64,000 bases of DNA, taken from positions 197,036,001 through 197,100,000 of the forward strand of contig NC_042997.1 in NCBI RefSeq assembly GCF_006345805.1, read 5' to 3'. This DNA is from Octopus sinensis (taxonomy: Eukaryota). The notes under the pieces are model-generated. The model worked only from the letters and a program-made list of their open reading frames with translations, was not told the DNA's origin and made no database searches. The position numbers were made by a program, and so were the translations under genes. The first letter of the stretch is position 1. Each line of letters begins with the position of its first letter. Positions 25,914 through 39,887 of the stretch are shown here, piece after piece.

Positions 25914-26109
25914 CGTAGAGATGGAAAGTGGGGGAGATATATACTTTATATTAATAAATAACTACACACGTATATATATATATATATTATATATTTGTGT
26001 GTGTGTGCATCTTTGTGTATATATATATATATATATATATATGAGTGTGTGTGTGCAGGGAGACGAAGAGAGAAAAAAGAAACAGGCATAAACGGACTGA
26101 TAAACAAAG

Positions 26110-26190
<81 letters not shown>
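25530..26190. repeat. TA/CA compound microsatellite and (GATA)n (26111-26190)
   Basis: Directly visible. Confidence 0.95.
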
Positions 26191-26191
<1 letters not shown>

Positions 26192-26429
26192 GTAGAGAGA
26201 CAAATAGACAGAAAAATAGATAGATAGATTGTTCTAAGGGCCATTGAAATTCATTAGCAAAATCGAGAAAACAACGTACATTGGGCCAGTCAGTATAAGG
26301 CATTCCACTATTTAGCTGACTACAATAAATGTTTCGACATAGCTGAATCTACGAACGACAAACTATTTATCACATTCTTGCAAAACATCATGAATAAAGA
26401 TAAATGCCTCCTTTGTTTCGCTGTATCCA

Positions 26430-26700
26430 TTTCTACTGCACTCAGTACTCTTGGAATAACACCAAAATTTACAAAACAAGCCACAACATATTTATTGGTA
26501 TAACTCACTTCAAAGCCAATGGGAACATCATATTATTCAACATTCATTCATAACAAAAGAGCAGATATACATAAACAGCTTCTGGCTATCTTACACTGAA
26601 AACATTCGTTCCCGTCTGCTTACCAAAGTTAAACAACGTTTACTAAGTCTGATGCTCCGATGAATCATTCTTGGGAATTTCAAACGTTCTAAGTATCTTT
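26430..26700 (+). mobile_element. Possible highly decayed Penelope GIY-YIG 3' end
   Basis: Fragments IFIGITHFK and ITKEQIYINSF in different frames, followed by CCGATGA...AAACGTT where Penelope elements carry a hammerhead motif; weak. Confidence 0.3.
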
Positions 26701-27039
26701 TATCCAATTTTCCTTTTAAATGTTTCCTTTTAATTTATTTTATTTATTTTTTCTTTGTTCTTATGATTTGGTGAGAGGACAAAGGCCACTGCCCAGGACT
26801 TTTGCAGGACTACGATATGGAGGAAAGGGACGAATATTATTTTATTCTCAGACCAGATACCCAATCCGAAACCTTGCGCTGAGCAGGACTGGTCGCAAGG
26901 CACTCGAGGGACTCATGATGCAATTAAACCATGGGCCCCTTAAAATGAACAAGTACAGTGAATTTTACCGGCTTCCACACATTATAAATTAATCCATTTT
27001 CAGTCACAATCCTTCAGTGGATACAAATATATCTTTCGT

Positions 27040-27352
27040 CGCCCTTTTCAAGCCTAGCCAGGCTCATGGGCCCGGTTTCCCGGTTTCTGTGGCATATGTG
27101 TCCCCCCCCCCCCCAGCTGGACAGGACGCCAGTCCGTCGCAGTGTTACTCAAGAAACAGGAAGAGAGAGATTGAGAGAAAATTGTGGCGAAAGAGTACAA
27201 CAGGGGTCACCACCCCCACCCCTGTCGGAGCCTCGTGGAGCTTTTCGGTGTTTTCGCTCAATAAACGCACACAACGCCCAGTCTGGGAATCGAAACCGCG
27301 ATCCTTCGACCGCGAGTCCGCTGCCCTAACCATTGAGCCATTGCGCTTCCAC
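27040..27352 (-). mobile_element. SINE C, full length
   Basis: rc head GTGGAAGCGCAATGGCTCAATGGTTAGGG..GGTTTCGATTCCC; tail homologous to 9003-9307. Confidence 0.85.
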
Positions 27353-27364
27353 GATACAAATATA

Positions 27365-27575
27365 TATTGACTTCAAATTTTGGCGCAAAGTCGGAAATTT
27401 TGATGTAGTGTAAATCGATCACATGAATCCCAATAATCAATTGGAACTTATTTTTTCGATTCCGAAAGGATGAAAGACGAATATGACCTCCACAGAAATT
27501 GAACTCAGAACATGGAGACGGACGGAATGACATTAGGCAATTTTTCTGGCTCGCAAACGATTTTGCTAGTTCGCA
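27365..27575 (-). mobile_element. Diverged SINE B
   Basis: CGAAAGGATGAAAG..GAACTCAG..AACGATTTTGCTAGTTCGC. Confidence 0.6.
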
Positions 27576-27624
27576 GTCTTGAATACAAATATATATAAGA
27601 ATATATTTCCCCAAGATACTGCAA

Positions 27625-27790
27625 GGAGTGCAGGAGTGACTGTGTGGTATGTAGCTTGCTTACCAACCACATGGTTGCGGGTTCAGTCCCACTGCGTAGC
27701 ACCTTGGCAAGTGTCTTCTATTATACCCCCGGGCCGACCAAAGCCTTGTGAGTGGATTTGGTAGACGGAAACTGAAAGAAGCCAGTCTTA

Positions 27791-27852
<62 letters not shown>

Positions 27853-27856
27853 AAAT

Positions 27857-27907
<51 letters not shown>

Positions 27908-28153
27908 GTACGTACGTGTACGTGCGTGTATATGTTTGTGGGCCTGTGTTTGTCCCCACAACATCGCTTGATAACCGATGCTGGTGTGTTTATGTCCCCG
28001 TCACATAGCGGTTCGGCAAAAGGGACTGATAGAATAAGTACTAGGCTTACAAAGAATAAGTGTTGAGGTCTATTTGCTCGACTAAAGGCGGTGCTCCAGC
28101 ATGACTACAGTCAAATGGCTGAAACAAATAACAGAGAGAAAAGAGTAAAGAGT
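27625..28153 (+). mobile_element. Full-length SINE A with an expanded internal (TA)n
   Basis: Head, ~120-nt TA tract, 3' body and (AAAGAGT)n-type tail. Confidence 0.9.
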
Positions 28154-29327
28154 AATACGAGGTCTCATTCATGCTTTTGAGAGTCTGCAAATGTCAGGAG
28201 AACCGTTTTTTCTTCCTCTAGATATCTTATTCTAAAATGATGAACAAATATTTTAATGCATTGTTTTCAAACTGGAGGGACTTCCTTCCGTTTTCTTACG
28301 GAAATATTTCAGATTTTACCTCGTAGACAATTAGTAATAGATGCACTGACTATTAAAGCTTTAACAATGTAACAGGAAGGTGAATTTACTTTTCAGGTAG
28401 CTTAGATTAGCAAAATTGGAAGTATCTTATTTCCAACAAACTGAAATATTGCTTTCTAATCAGAAATAAACTTGTTTGAAAATGTCACGTAATTGAACAC
28501 CCTTCTGAAAGCTCTCTTCGAGAACATTATATATTTTGTAGAAAAGTTTCAGCTTTAATCAAATTCAAACTATATATATATACAAGAAAATTACCAAATA
28601 ACTCAAAGCGCTTAGAAATATGTGTGTATGCTCATGTTTACATAGAGCACACACTCATACACTGACTCGTTTGTATGTGTGTAAAACAATCCCAGAATCA
28701 CACACATATACAAACAAAAGCATGATCACACGCTAGCGCGAATATACACATAAACACACACACACACATACACGCAGGCGCTCACACGTATGGCTTCGCT
28801 CATTGGGTGGTGGCCATGGTGAGGAACAGACCTTTGTGTCAAACAATGTATAGTTGATAACAGTTAGCAACATGCTGAAGCCCTAGAATGACAGACTCAC
28901 ACGCACAGACAGAAACTCATAGACACCCAGAACACACGCACATATACACACACAGACACACTATGGCACATACAGATACAAACGCACACACACACACACA
29001 CACACACGCGCACGAGCAAAGAATTTCATTGATTTCATCTATGAAATTTCACTGCCAGCTTAAAACTATAACCGAGTCACTTGCCTAACGGGATGGAACT
29101 TGGAACCAGGCGGTTCAAAAGACGTGCTGAAAGTGGTAAACAACATTTAGCTCGTAGTGAAGTGGTTAAAAAGCAAAATGTCACGAATTAAACTAAAAAT
29201 GAAATACAAAAATTATATTTTCATATGTGTATGTATGCGAATGTGGATGTAGGTGTAAGTATACGTGTATGTGTGTGTATGTATACATATATATGTATGC
29301 TGTGTGTGTGTATCTATACACACACAA

Positions 29328-29363
<36 letters not shown>

Positions 29364-31129
29364 GTTGTGTTTGTATATATATATATATAGATAATATATA
29401 ATATATGTGTGTGTTGTGTGTGTATATATGTGTGCATATATATATATATATATGTGTGGTTTGTGTGGAGTGCATATATATATATATATATATTAATAAT
29501 ATACATATATATATATATCATATATGTAAAATGATTAATTAGGTCATGACACTTGACTCTTTGGCAATTCCTCAGATTTCTCCAAAGCTAAAAGTTGTTT
29601 GTTATTTCTTTTTACAGTGATTTTTAGTTTCTTTTTTTTTTGGCTTTTGCCTTTGGTTTTGTTTCCAGTGACATGTGTTGACCTTTTATTGATCTCAAAG
29701 TAAATTATGGACTGCGCTATCATTGTTGACATTTTTAGCTCAGGTATGTATGTACACATGTATATGTATTTATGTATGTATATATCAATGTTTGTATAGG
29801 TATGTGTGTATGTGTGTGTGTATGTATGTGTGTTTCTATGTATGTGTGTATCTCCGTATATATGTATGTCTGTATATCCGTATGTATGTATTTACTTTTA
29901 TGTCTAATTACTTAAATACGTCCTCTGAGGAAGGAGCTGGTTTCTAACCCTCATACAAAGCACAATCGTTGAAATATTAAAACGGCGTCACATTTTTAAC
30001 TTCTGAAAACTCTTGCGAAAGTCTACTGTTCCACTTACATATCGTATGTGTGGAGGTGGCTTGTGAATTAGTGGCTAGGATGTTGCACAAATCTTTAGTC
30101 TCTAAGATTAAATTTGTTTCAACTTTAAAGCTGCGGCCATGCTGTGGCACCACTGTTGGCTGTGCTTCAGCATTATTTAAAACTTCTTCTGATATGTGGC
30201 ATTTGGTGAATCAGGGAGTTTAATGCCTCTGCCTCATCTGCGTTTCCTACCGAGAGGTAGGCACATCTGGAACCAATATAATCATAAGTTAATGGTTTCG
30301 GTTAGTGAACCGGGTGATGTGTTCGTTCCTTGAGCAAATATTACATTTCACATTGTTCCAGTTGAGGCTGTTAATAAAGATGAGCAATCTGTGACGGATG
30401 GGCGTTTCATCCAGGTGTTATTATGTGTGTGTGTGTGTGTGGGGGGGGGGTGTATGCGGGGCAGAATTTACGGCACTGATTCTGTGAAACTAAGTCTGTG
30501 AAACTAAGTCTCTGGAAGGAACTTTGATATATTTTTTGATGTATGTATTCATGTTTATCTGTAAGTATGTATGTATCTATGCATGTATGCACGTGTGAAC
30601 GTATGTATATAAAATTTTGGAAAACAAATTTCCAAGTCAATCAGGTGCAACTTTTCAGCGTTATATGCATCTACATATCGTACTTTGGGGTCTTATTTAT
30701 CGCATATTTATAAATGTATCTATAAATATACAAGATTTCTGATAAAAGTCAATATCAATTCAATTTGGGGGATTAATCGATATGCGGGTATTCTATTTCA
30801 GATAATGCAAAAGAACCTAATGAGTATATCTGACAGTAAACTCATGGTATCAGTTTGCACATCAAGGAATTATACTTAAAAGATATAACCAAAATTACCA
30901 GCTAAGTATAAAATATACTTCATTAATTAGATCATACTTTATTGCTCATCATTAATTAGATCATACATATATGCAATCGACAGATTTACAATTATTCCTA
31001 CATATCTTCAGGTTCTATTTCAAAACGTTATATTTCTAATTTTACATCCCTTTCAAGATAAGCAATACAATTAAGCATCAAAGATTAAAAATTACGAATT
31101 GAAAATTAAGAATAAAAATTAAAGACCAT

Positions 31130-31292
31130 CACTTCGGTCATGACACAAGTCCGGCAGAGAAAGCCCAACCTCTCTTGTCCATGCCACGGATGTTATATAA
31201 GGGATATGCAAAAGCCGTTAGAGCTTGTCACCCAGTCCGAGAATGGAACTCACTAACTCATGATCGTGAGCTCGGCCACAGAACCATGCCTT
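31130..31292 (-). mobile_element. Internally deleted SINE C copy
   Basis: TTCGGTCATGAC tail and CCATGC-CTT head ends shared with 57040-57376. Confidence 0.55.
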
Positions 31293-31294
31293 TT

Positions 31295-31330
<36 letters not shown>

Positions 31331-31353
31331 ATAGATATATATAATAGATAGAC

Positions 31354-31400
<47 letters not shown>

Positions 31401-31520
31401 CAGATAGATAGACAGATAGACAGATAGATAGACAGAGAGATAGATATAAACAACTAGATAGATAGGTAGGTAGAATATATTTACATGCATACACACACAC
31501 ACACACACACATATATATGA

Positions 31521-31764
31521 ATATATATACATATATATGAATGTATATCTATATATATTAGCAAATATACATATATATGAATGTATATCTATATATATTA
31601 ACATATATACATATATATGAATGTATATCTATATATATTAACATATATACATATATATGAATGTATATCTATATATATTAACATATATACATATATATGA
31701 ATGTATATCTATATATATATTAACATATATACGTATATATGAATGTATATCTATATATATATAA
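31521..31764. repeat. 40-bp minisatellite x6
   Basis: Unit ACATATATACATATATATGAATGTATATCTATATATATTA repeated with period 40 (42 in the last units). Confidence 0.95.
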
Positions 31765-31817
31765 GCATATATACATATATCTATATATATCTATATCGGT
31801 CAATGTCTCTCTCTCTC

Positions 31818-31875
<58 letters not shown>

Positions 31876-32559
31876 GTGAGATAAGGAGAGGGAGGACATG
31901 AGAAGAAAAGATCGAGTACTCATTTCCTTTTAAGAAAATATCGTATATATTTAATTCAGAAATAACATATTTTTGTTTAACAACAACTAAACTAGATATA
32001 AACTAAAAACTTAATTCTTTTTTTTTCTATATTTTGGCATTTATTTTTCTAAAAATCCATAAATATTTTACATACTCAATCTGTGCATTAATGTAGTTTC
32101 CAATATTATCATGAATTGCTTACTTTTGAATTATCGTTTGTTGAGACGCAAGTACTATTTGAAGAAATCTAATACCAAAGATAATAGCAGTTTGAAAATA
32201 TAGTCGTATACATACATACGTCCTGATGCAGTCAAAGTCGATCAGATTTTGGTGATGTAATATTCATGTAATATTGAAATATGTGCTATAAAAAAGCATG
32301 TAACCTATGTTAATCCTGTTGAGATATTTTCAATCATGTAAAAATATTATAGTTATAATTTTTCTAACTTTACATTAAGTAGAAATCACAAAAGCCAAAC
32401 AACGTTTGTTTGCATGAAAATAGGAAATTGACTGGCATGCAGTTTAATACATCTATTCAGTTGTTTTATATTATAATATATCTGTTTTCTTTTATATTGA
32501 TATACTATGTTTTTTTACTCAAAAAGTATGCATCAAATATTTTCTACAACGTGTAGAAA

Positions 32560-32810
32560 ATATGGCTGTGGCTGTGCAGTAAGATGCTTGCTTCTTCCTT
32601 CTCAACCACATGGTCACGGGTTCAGTATCACTGCGTGGCACCTTGAGCACGTAACTTTTATTACAACCGCGGACCTTCCAAAGCCTTGTGAGTGGATTTG
32701 GTAGACGGAAATTGAAATACGCCCGTCGTATAGTTACGGAGACCTAAACACACCAACATCGGTTGCCAAGCGATGGCGGGGGGCAAACAGAAACATATAC
32801 ATACATACAT
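32560..32810. mobile_element. Rearranged SINE A: + strand head fused to an inverted internal segment
   Basis: Head up to GCCCGTCGTA (~32730), then TAGTTACGGAGACCTAAACACACCAACATCGG, which is the - strand 3' half. Confidence 0.7.
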
Positions 32811-35139
32811 ACAAACACACGCACATTCTCTCTCTCTCTCTCTATCATGGCTAACGAATAATTGTCACATATATTTACAGATAAATTCCTCTATTTACAT
32901 AATATCGAGGTCTCTTTCATTCTTTTGTTGTCTTACCTTTCTTATCAATATATATATATATATATCGTGAAGTATAGTTGCCACCTAAATGCAGCAGACC
33001 CATAGGGGACGATGCTTCTGTTGCTATGTATGTATATATAAATTTCATATATCAATTTTAACATATGTATATATATATGGCATATCAGCCAATACTGACC
33101 ATGCCGTGCGTAACAGGGTCTGTAATTTGCCGTATTTGAATGTATAAGGAGTGATCACAATGAAAATTTTCTTACTATAACCAAAATGCCTACCATTTTC
33201 TGGGGAGGGGTCTAGTCGACTACATTAACCCCGGTCCTCAAGAGGTACGTATTTTATCGGGCCTGAAAGGGTGAAAAGCAAACTCGACCTCGGCGGAATT
33301 TGAATTCAACGTAAAGCCAGAAGAAAAACAGTTAAGCATTTAATATGGCGCAGAGATAATCATAATGAAATAATTATCGAAAGAGTTCAACTCAATCATT
33401 GCTGACCTGCGGTTAAACATCAACATGGAGTTTAATATCGGATTCATGATTTTAAGCGAATCAACGTTTGTTTTGTAACTTAACTTGCACTGAAGTTCTA
33501 TTAGTTTCGTAATTTGTTCGATAATGCATCCTGTGTCTATATATAGGCAATATGTATCTCCTGTTGGTTTTACAACTTGAAATACATTTCGTACAGTTTT
33601 AATAGTTTGGTACAAATCCGAATTATATCGATACTGTTCACTAAAAAATGTTTTGTACATTGCTAAGTGGTAGACGTATAACATATTTACTTATAAGTAG
33701 GGAGACTTTATAAAAATATCGTAATTGTTAGAAAGGTCAGAAACGTTCAGAGCCATTCCAATAAAAGTTCAATAAATATAGAAAGTTTCACTCTTGTCGA
33801 AGAATATTGAAGAAAATCATTCACAATCACTATACACAACACAAAAGATGTATAAATGTCATTTATCCTCCACAAATGTCAACGAGAGAAGAAAAATGTC
33901 AAAACACATTTTCAGAAAAACCTGGTGGTTATATGAAGATTTAAGGAAAGGAGATTGTCACATTTTAAGTATTATATTGAAATTTATACTTGCAATTTCC
34001 TTCAAGGTTAATTTATTTAATATATGTTTATCAGCTTATATGTATTAACGCACATTAGTGTAGGTACAAACGTACACTTAATGGTTGCATACACGTACAT
34101 ACATACATACGTACGAACATACATCTATCCATACATACATGCTTACACACTCTTATTTACATTTATAAACGTGACCCCATTGTTTTGTTTGTTTATAAGG
34201 GTTTATTGTATCGCCCCCAGTTCTTATTCCTTAGGTATTCTATTAAACCCTAAAGCAGGAAAAGAAATATTGATCTCTGTGAAATGTTAGGCAAATAAAC
34301 TCAAAATCGCGATCTATTCTGTCAGCTCACTTATTGTAAATATCTATTATTATTCCTCATACTCATATATGTAACGAATATTTTGATTTTAAATAAGAGT
34401 GAGAAGTTTCTGACTTAAATCCTGTGTTCACTTGATTAAAAGAAAATTTTTGTTTTCAAATTGCGAAATATTCGTATTCGGATTTTGGTCACAGAATGTT
34501 CTTTAAAATATAAACACCAGCATATGAATTTCACTGACAGTTTTGCATCTTTTGAGAAAGAGACAAGACTTGCAAGAAAATGCTGTTCTCTTTACTATCG
34601 CCTTCCTAAAATATTTATAAATATTTCCATAAATAAGGTCAAAATTAAAATGCCATTTTCGAAACGAAGAATTGAGTTTTGATGTAGCCCTTTTTCTCTC
34701 TTTTTTGTTGTTGTTATAATTACCTTATTTTAGGAATCAAAAGAGTAGTGAGGACTTCATTTGAAGTTTCAGCATAGTCAATGGTGTTTTTCGTTTGTCA
34801 ACATTTGCTGCTACAACTCCCTGACCAATTTCTTAGGCGCAGTTATTTAAGATTAACTTTTCTGCTCGAGTACGCAACGGGATATCTGTTGTATGATTCC
34901 ACAAGAGATTCTTTCCATAACCACAAAACCTGCTAATATTAGCAGCTAAACAGTCACCAAATGATAACATATCACCACAAATAAAGTCAAAAATACATTG
35001 GATAATGTAGTCGTAGATAGCATGAGTTATTCACGGCTAGAATATCTTTGATATCGAACCTACACAATCAGATTTGACCTGGAAATAAACAACGACCTAT
35101 CTCGTGAAATACTACAGCCTTTAATTTCCTTTCAGTATA

Positions 35140-35309
35140 TAAACGCATGTGTGATTGTGTGGGTAAGAACCCTGCTTCCCAGCATGTAGTCTTTGGTTAA
35201 TTTCTCGTTGTGCGGTACTTTGGGCAAGTGTGCTTAGCTAGAGCCCCGGGCCAAACAGAGCCTTGTGACTGGATATTGTTTACGAAAACTCAAACAAACC
35301 CGCCGTATG

Positions 35310-35343
<34 letters not shown>

Positions 35344-35555
35344 CATTCTGTCTTTGTGTTGTGTCTGGCACGCACCACTGCTTGACAGCAGGTACTTGTT
35401 TGTTTCCGTCCGCGTAACTTAGCGATTCGGCAAGAGGTTTAAGTAGAATCAGTATCGAACATACAAACACAAAAAGAATATAGAAGTGCGGTCGATGTAT
35501 TCGACTAAATCTTTCAAGGTAATGCCCCAGCATGGCCACGGCCCAACTACTGGAG
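35140..35555 (+). mobile_element. Diverged full-length SINE A
   Basis: Head, central TG tract and 3' body are recognisable. Confidence 0.65.
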
Positions 35556-36224
35556 AAAGAAAACGATAAAAATTCGCCCCATCCCCTCCCCATAAATACA
35601 AATCGGTGTGTTTCAGAAATTTTGTTTCATTCACAGTAAAGTTGTTCAGAAATTTAAATTGACAGATTTATGAAAATTGTTAAGGATAATAGAAAATATT
35701 TATGAATTTTTGTTAACAGATAAAAAAAAGGAAAAAAAAAATGTAAATCATATTTTGAAAAAAAAATAAAATGAACAGATTTTAAGTTTACTTCAAATAA
35801 AATAGAGTTTAACATTATTAATACATTTGTTATGTGATTTTTTTCTTTAATCAACACAACGTATATTTTTTTAAATATTTTTTCCGCCACTTTATATTTT
35901 TTTCCTATTCAAAGCATATATAAATTCTTCAGTAAAATCGCGCAGAAAATGTTGATAAAATAACCATATTTGTCTCTGTGCGTTACCAGTGGTTTATATA
36001 ACTCAGTAATGTAGCCCGCTATGTAGTAATTTCGTGATTTCTACCTAAAACACTCATATATTTTGGGGGCCGCCTTTTCTTTCATAAAATTATTTTCAGT
36101 CGATGGTATTTTGGCTTTGAAGGTGAGTGAAACCTTGTTGGGGGAATTATGTATTAGATATTGTATACAATTATATATTATATATTAGATATGCACACTG
36201 CATATGTATATATATATATATATA

Positions 36225-37305
36225 CAGTGTGTGATGGGTAAATTGTCACCATTTCATATTTTTAATTCCACGCATGCGTATTGTTTGTTTTTTTATATTT
36301 TGTCGACTACACAGTAGACAGTTAGGAATCGTCTGTGAAAAAAAACAGCACTATGATGCAATTCACTCTGCCAGAGATATGGAAACCACATGCTGTACTG
36401 CTTGGCATTCGCGCTGGAAGCTCCAATACGAATGTTTCAGAGTGTTTTCACGTCAATCTGACGAGAGTGCAGAGCATTTGGAAAGAGTTGGATGAATTTA
36501 ATGCTTATTACGAATGTGCGGTAGCTCAGAAAACCCAATCTGATCATTATGATCATAAAAGAACACCTGAATTTGTTTACCATGATTGACAACGATCCCT
36601 ACCAGGCAATCACATCCATCACCAGGACATGGGAGTGTCTGAGTTTCTTATCAGGCAGGTAGTGCTAGAAGTTATTATTCCGTATTCCTCGTGCAAGATA
36701 AGAAAGGGCCAATTATTATCCCAAGTTATCAAAGACAAGAGGAAAGACTGTACTATGAAGCTTTTCATTAAACTCAAGCATCTCCAACCGAAACATTTCT
36801 GCCAGGATCAGATGGTAAACACACAGAACAATCGTTGGTTTTCCGTGTCCCCAAAACATGTACCGAGAGTGATAAAAATCAAATATCCAGTCAATATCAT
36901 TGTGCTTGGAGTGATCACTAGGGATGGCGATGTTATGCCTCCATTCCTCTTCCCACACGGTCTCAGACTCAACACGGAAGCCCATATCAAGTACCTGGAG
37001 AAAGTAGAGCTGCCCTGGCTCAAGGTATGGCTTCTGGAAGGTTCTACGTCTGGCAACAAGACCCTGCACCATGCCTCGAACTCAGTCATAGTTGTCAGAC
37101 AAGTTCTGTGACCACATCATCCCTAACATCTGGCCACCTAACTCCCCCGATTGCAACCGCCCTTGATTATTATATGTGGGATGCAGCTGGGCGAGAGACC
37201 AACAAAACTCCTTTTAATACCAAAGATGAACTGCAGTTTAGGATTATGGCAGCATTAACCAACTTAAACAAGGAAATCGCTCAGGAGAGTTGCAGAGGAT
37301 GGTAA
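36225..37305 (+). pseudogene. Tc1/mariner (maT/DD37D-like) transposon with frameshifted transposase; left TIR only
   Basis: TA|CAGTGTGTGATGGGTAAATTGTCACC start. Three ORF pieces (36335-36589, 36629-37111, 37027-37305) give FCQDQMVNTQNNRW, VLGVITRDGDVMPPFLFPHGLRLN, YVWQQDPAPC and LDYYMW..ETNKTP.NTKDEL..RI. The first catalytic-D (SDEK) segment appears deleted. Confidence 0.92.
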
Positions 37306-37446
37306 AATGTTTTTATTTTTTCATTTCGTTCCTGTCGGATTTTATCCCTAATTTTGTGGTTATAGAGCGTAGCTGTTTTTTCTAGCGTGTTGAATGCCAC
37401 GAGTGGATTCCTTATGCGTCTAAATGTACACCGTATTATATATATA

Positions 37447-37490
<44 letters not shown>

Positions 37491-37492
<2 letters not shown>

Positions 37493-37891
37493 CGCAGGAG
37501 TGGCTGTGTGGTAAGTAGCTTGCTTACCAACCACATGGTTCCGGGTTCAGTCCCACTGCGTGGCATCTTGGGCAAGTGTCTTCTGCTATAGACCTGGGCC
37601 GACCAATGCCTTGTGAGTGGATTTGGTAGACGGAAACTGAAAGAAGCCCGTCGTATACATGTATATATATATATATATGTATGTGTGTGTCTGTGTTTGT
37701 CCCCCTAGCATTGCTTGACAACCGATGCTGGTGTGTTTACGTCCCCGTGACTTAGCGGTTCGGCAAAAGAGACCGATAGAATATGTACTGGGCTTACAAA
37801 GAATAAGTCCCGGGGTCGATTTGCTCGACTAAAGGCGGTGCTCCAGCATGGCCGCAGTCAAATGACTGAAACAAGCAAAAGAGCAAAAGAG
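37491..37891 (+). mobile_element. Near-consensus full-length SINE A (young)
   Basis: Intact A and B boxes, body and (AAAAGAGC)n tail. Confidence 0.93.
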
Positions 37892-39005
37892 TATATATAC
37901 ATACACACACAAATATGTATATGTATGTATATATGCATGTTGGGGGAGCGGCGTGAGAATGTGCGTGTACATCCCAACTTTACACGTATTTGCAGATGAT
38001 GATTAAAAACACTACAGCTGTATGAAATCAACTGTAAAAACGGATTAAGCTAACATAATTTAATAGTTTCCACTGACAGATTAGTGTTCTCTCTAATCTT
38101 CCAATCAAATACATATTTCGTTAAAACAGAAATACAATAATGGCAAGACGCTGACGGATTACGCCTCAAATAATATGGTTCCGCATTCTTTATGTTTCAA
38201 TACGTGAACCAAGGAATACCCATAATTGGAATTCTTATGAAAATGAAGCGAAAATAGATATCAAATATTAATACGATTCACTTCTGTGTTTTTTAACACT
38301 ATACGTCCGTGTGAGATGCTTTCTCACGGCGAATACTGTAGTGTCACACCTTTCTGTATATATATATATATATATCCACGTTAAGTTAGATATGTAGAAT
38401 GATATTTTAAACTATTACTGCCTCTATCGCTAATAACGAATTTTTACCCAACTCGCCATATAGATATGAAACATTAATCCATATCCAATGTTTAAGGAAT
38501 GTATCACTTTTGTGGTATCGTAATATTCATAGAGAAATCTGTGACAAGTAATACATTGCAGCAACAGAACCTTACCAATCTCTGAACATCAATCCTCTTA
38601 ACCTTTCGCCACTTAAATACCAACTTGTACAATATTATGGAAGAATATGTCAGAAATCTTTAAAGTGATACAATACAATTATTCAGAAAATAGAGACAAG
38701 ACCCAAATCATGGATTTCGAAAATGGTATCACTTTCTGGAGATCAGTGTATTCGATGAAGTTGTTGAGGAAAACGGAGATAGTAATAACAATGCTTAGAA
38801 TTAAATTTGGCCGTAATATATTCTGGATCAGTAGAATGGGTATTAGATGAATTAATTACTGTTAATTAACTCAACATAAGTTTGAAATGGGAATTTGAGT
38901 ATCTATCTATCTACCCATCGATTTATCCATCCACCTATCTATCTGTCTATCTATCTATTTATTTATCCATCTATTTACCCCTCTATCTAGCCATCTATAT
39001 ATAAG

Positions 39006-39036
<31 letters not shown>

Positions 39037-39887
39037 AATTCTCTGCCCCCCTCTCTCTTTCTATACGCACATATATATATATATATACTTATGTGTGTAC
39101 GCATGCATAAATATATACATATACATATGAATATATACGTAAATTCGGCAACACACACATATGTACATGTACATATGTATATCTCTCTATTTATCTGTCT
39201 ATGTATATGCGTCCATACAAACATATACATGCACCGGAACATACTAACACACACGAATACACAAACAGGCACCCACATACACGTACATGCATATACCAAA
39301 ACACACACAAATACATACATACACAGATATACACACACATATATATATATATATATATGCATCCATACGCAAATTTCTGATGAGATGACAACATCTAATT
39401 TTCATACTATAGATTATTTTAGTTTATCCCCGAGGAGTGTGGCTGTTGCTACGTTAGTAAACCAATTAAATATATTAATTAAATTCGCAAGTTACAAGAA
39501 GCAATCGTTAACATCTGTATACGATATTATACGCTCCCATTATGGACAGTAAATGAGGGATTTACAGGGTAGTACGTAAATACAGTGGCTTGAAATAATA
39601 TTTTAAAATCAAAAATCTTAAATCTTAGGTTTGCGCCTGTGTGTAGTCGTGGTTTAATTTTAATTTTAATTAAATGCTGTAAATCGGAACTTGATGTAAA
39701 TATACTTATTATGTACATGCATGATATAGATGAAACAAATTTTCCTTCAACAATATTTTTCATGTTATTATTAAGAGTATACAAGATTTAAGGCGAAATG
39801 GGGGAGTAAATATAGACGGTCATACAGGAAACTTCACGGTATTTGCTCAGACATTTGAGATTTGGAACTAACATGAAAAGAATACAA

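Noticed and set aside
33340-33684. 114-aa non-repetitive minus-strand ORF
   Set aside because: No recognisable domain or good splice sites; roughly one ORF of this length is expected by chance in six frames of 64 kb.
36100-36122. 23-nt micro-exon-like TTTTCAG...AAG|GTGAGT
   Set aside because: Too short to support without RNA data.
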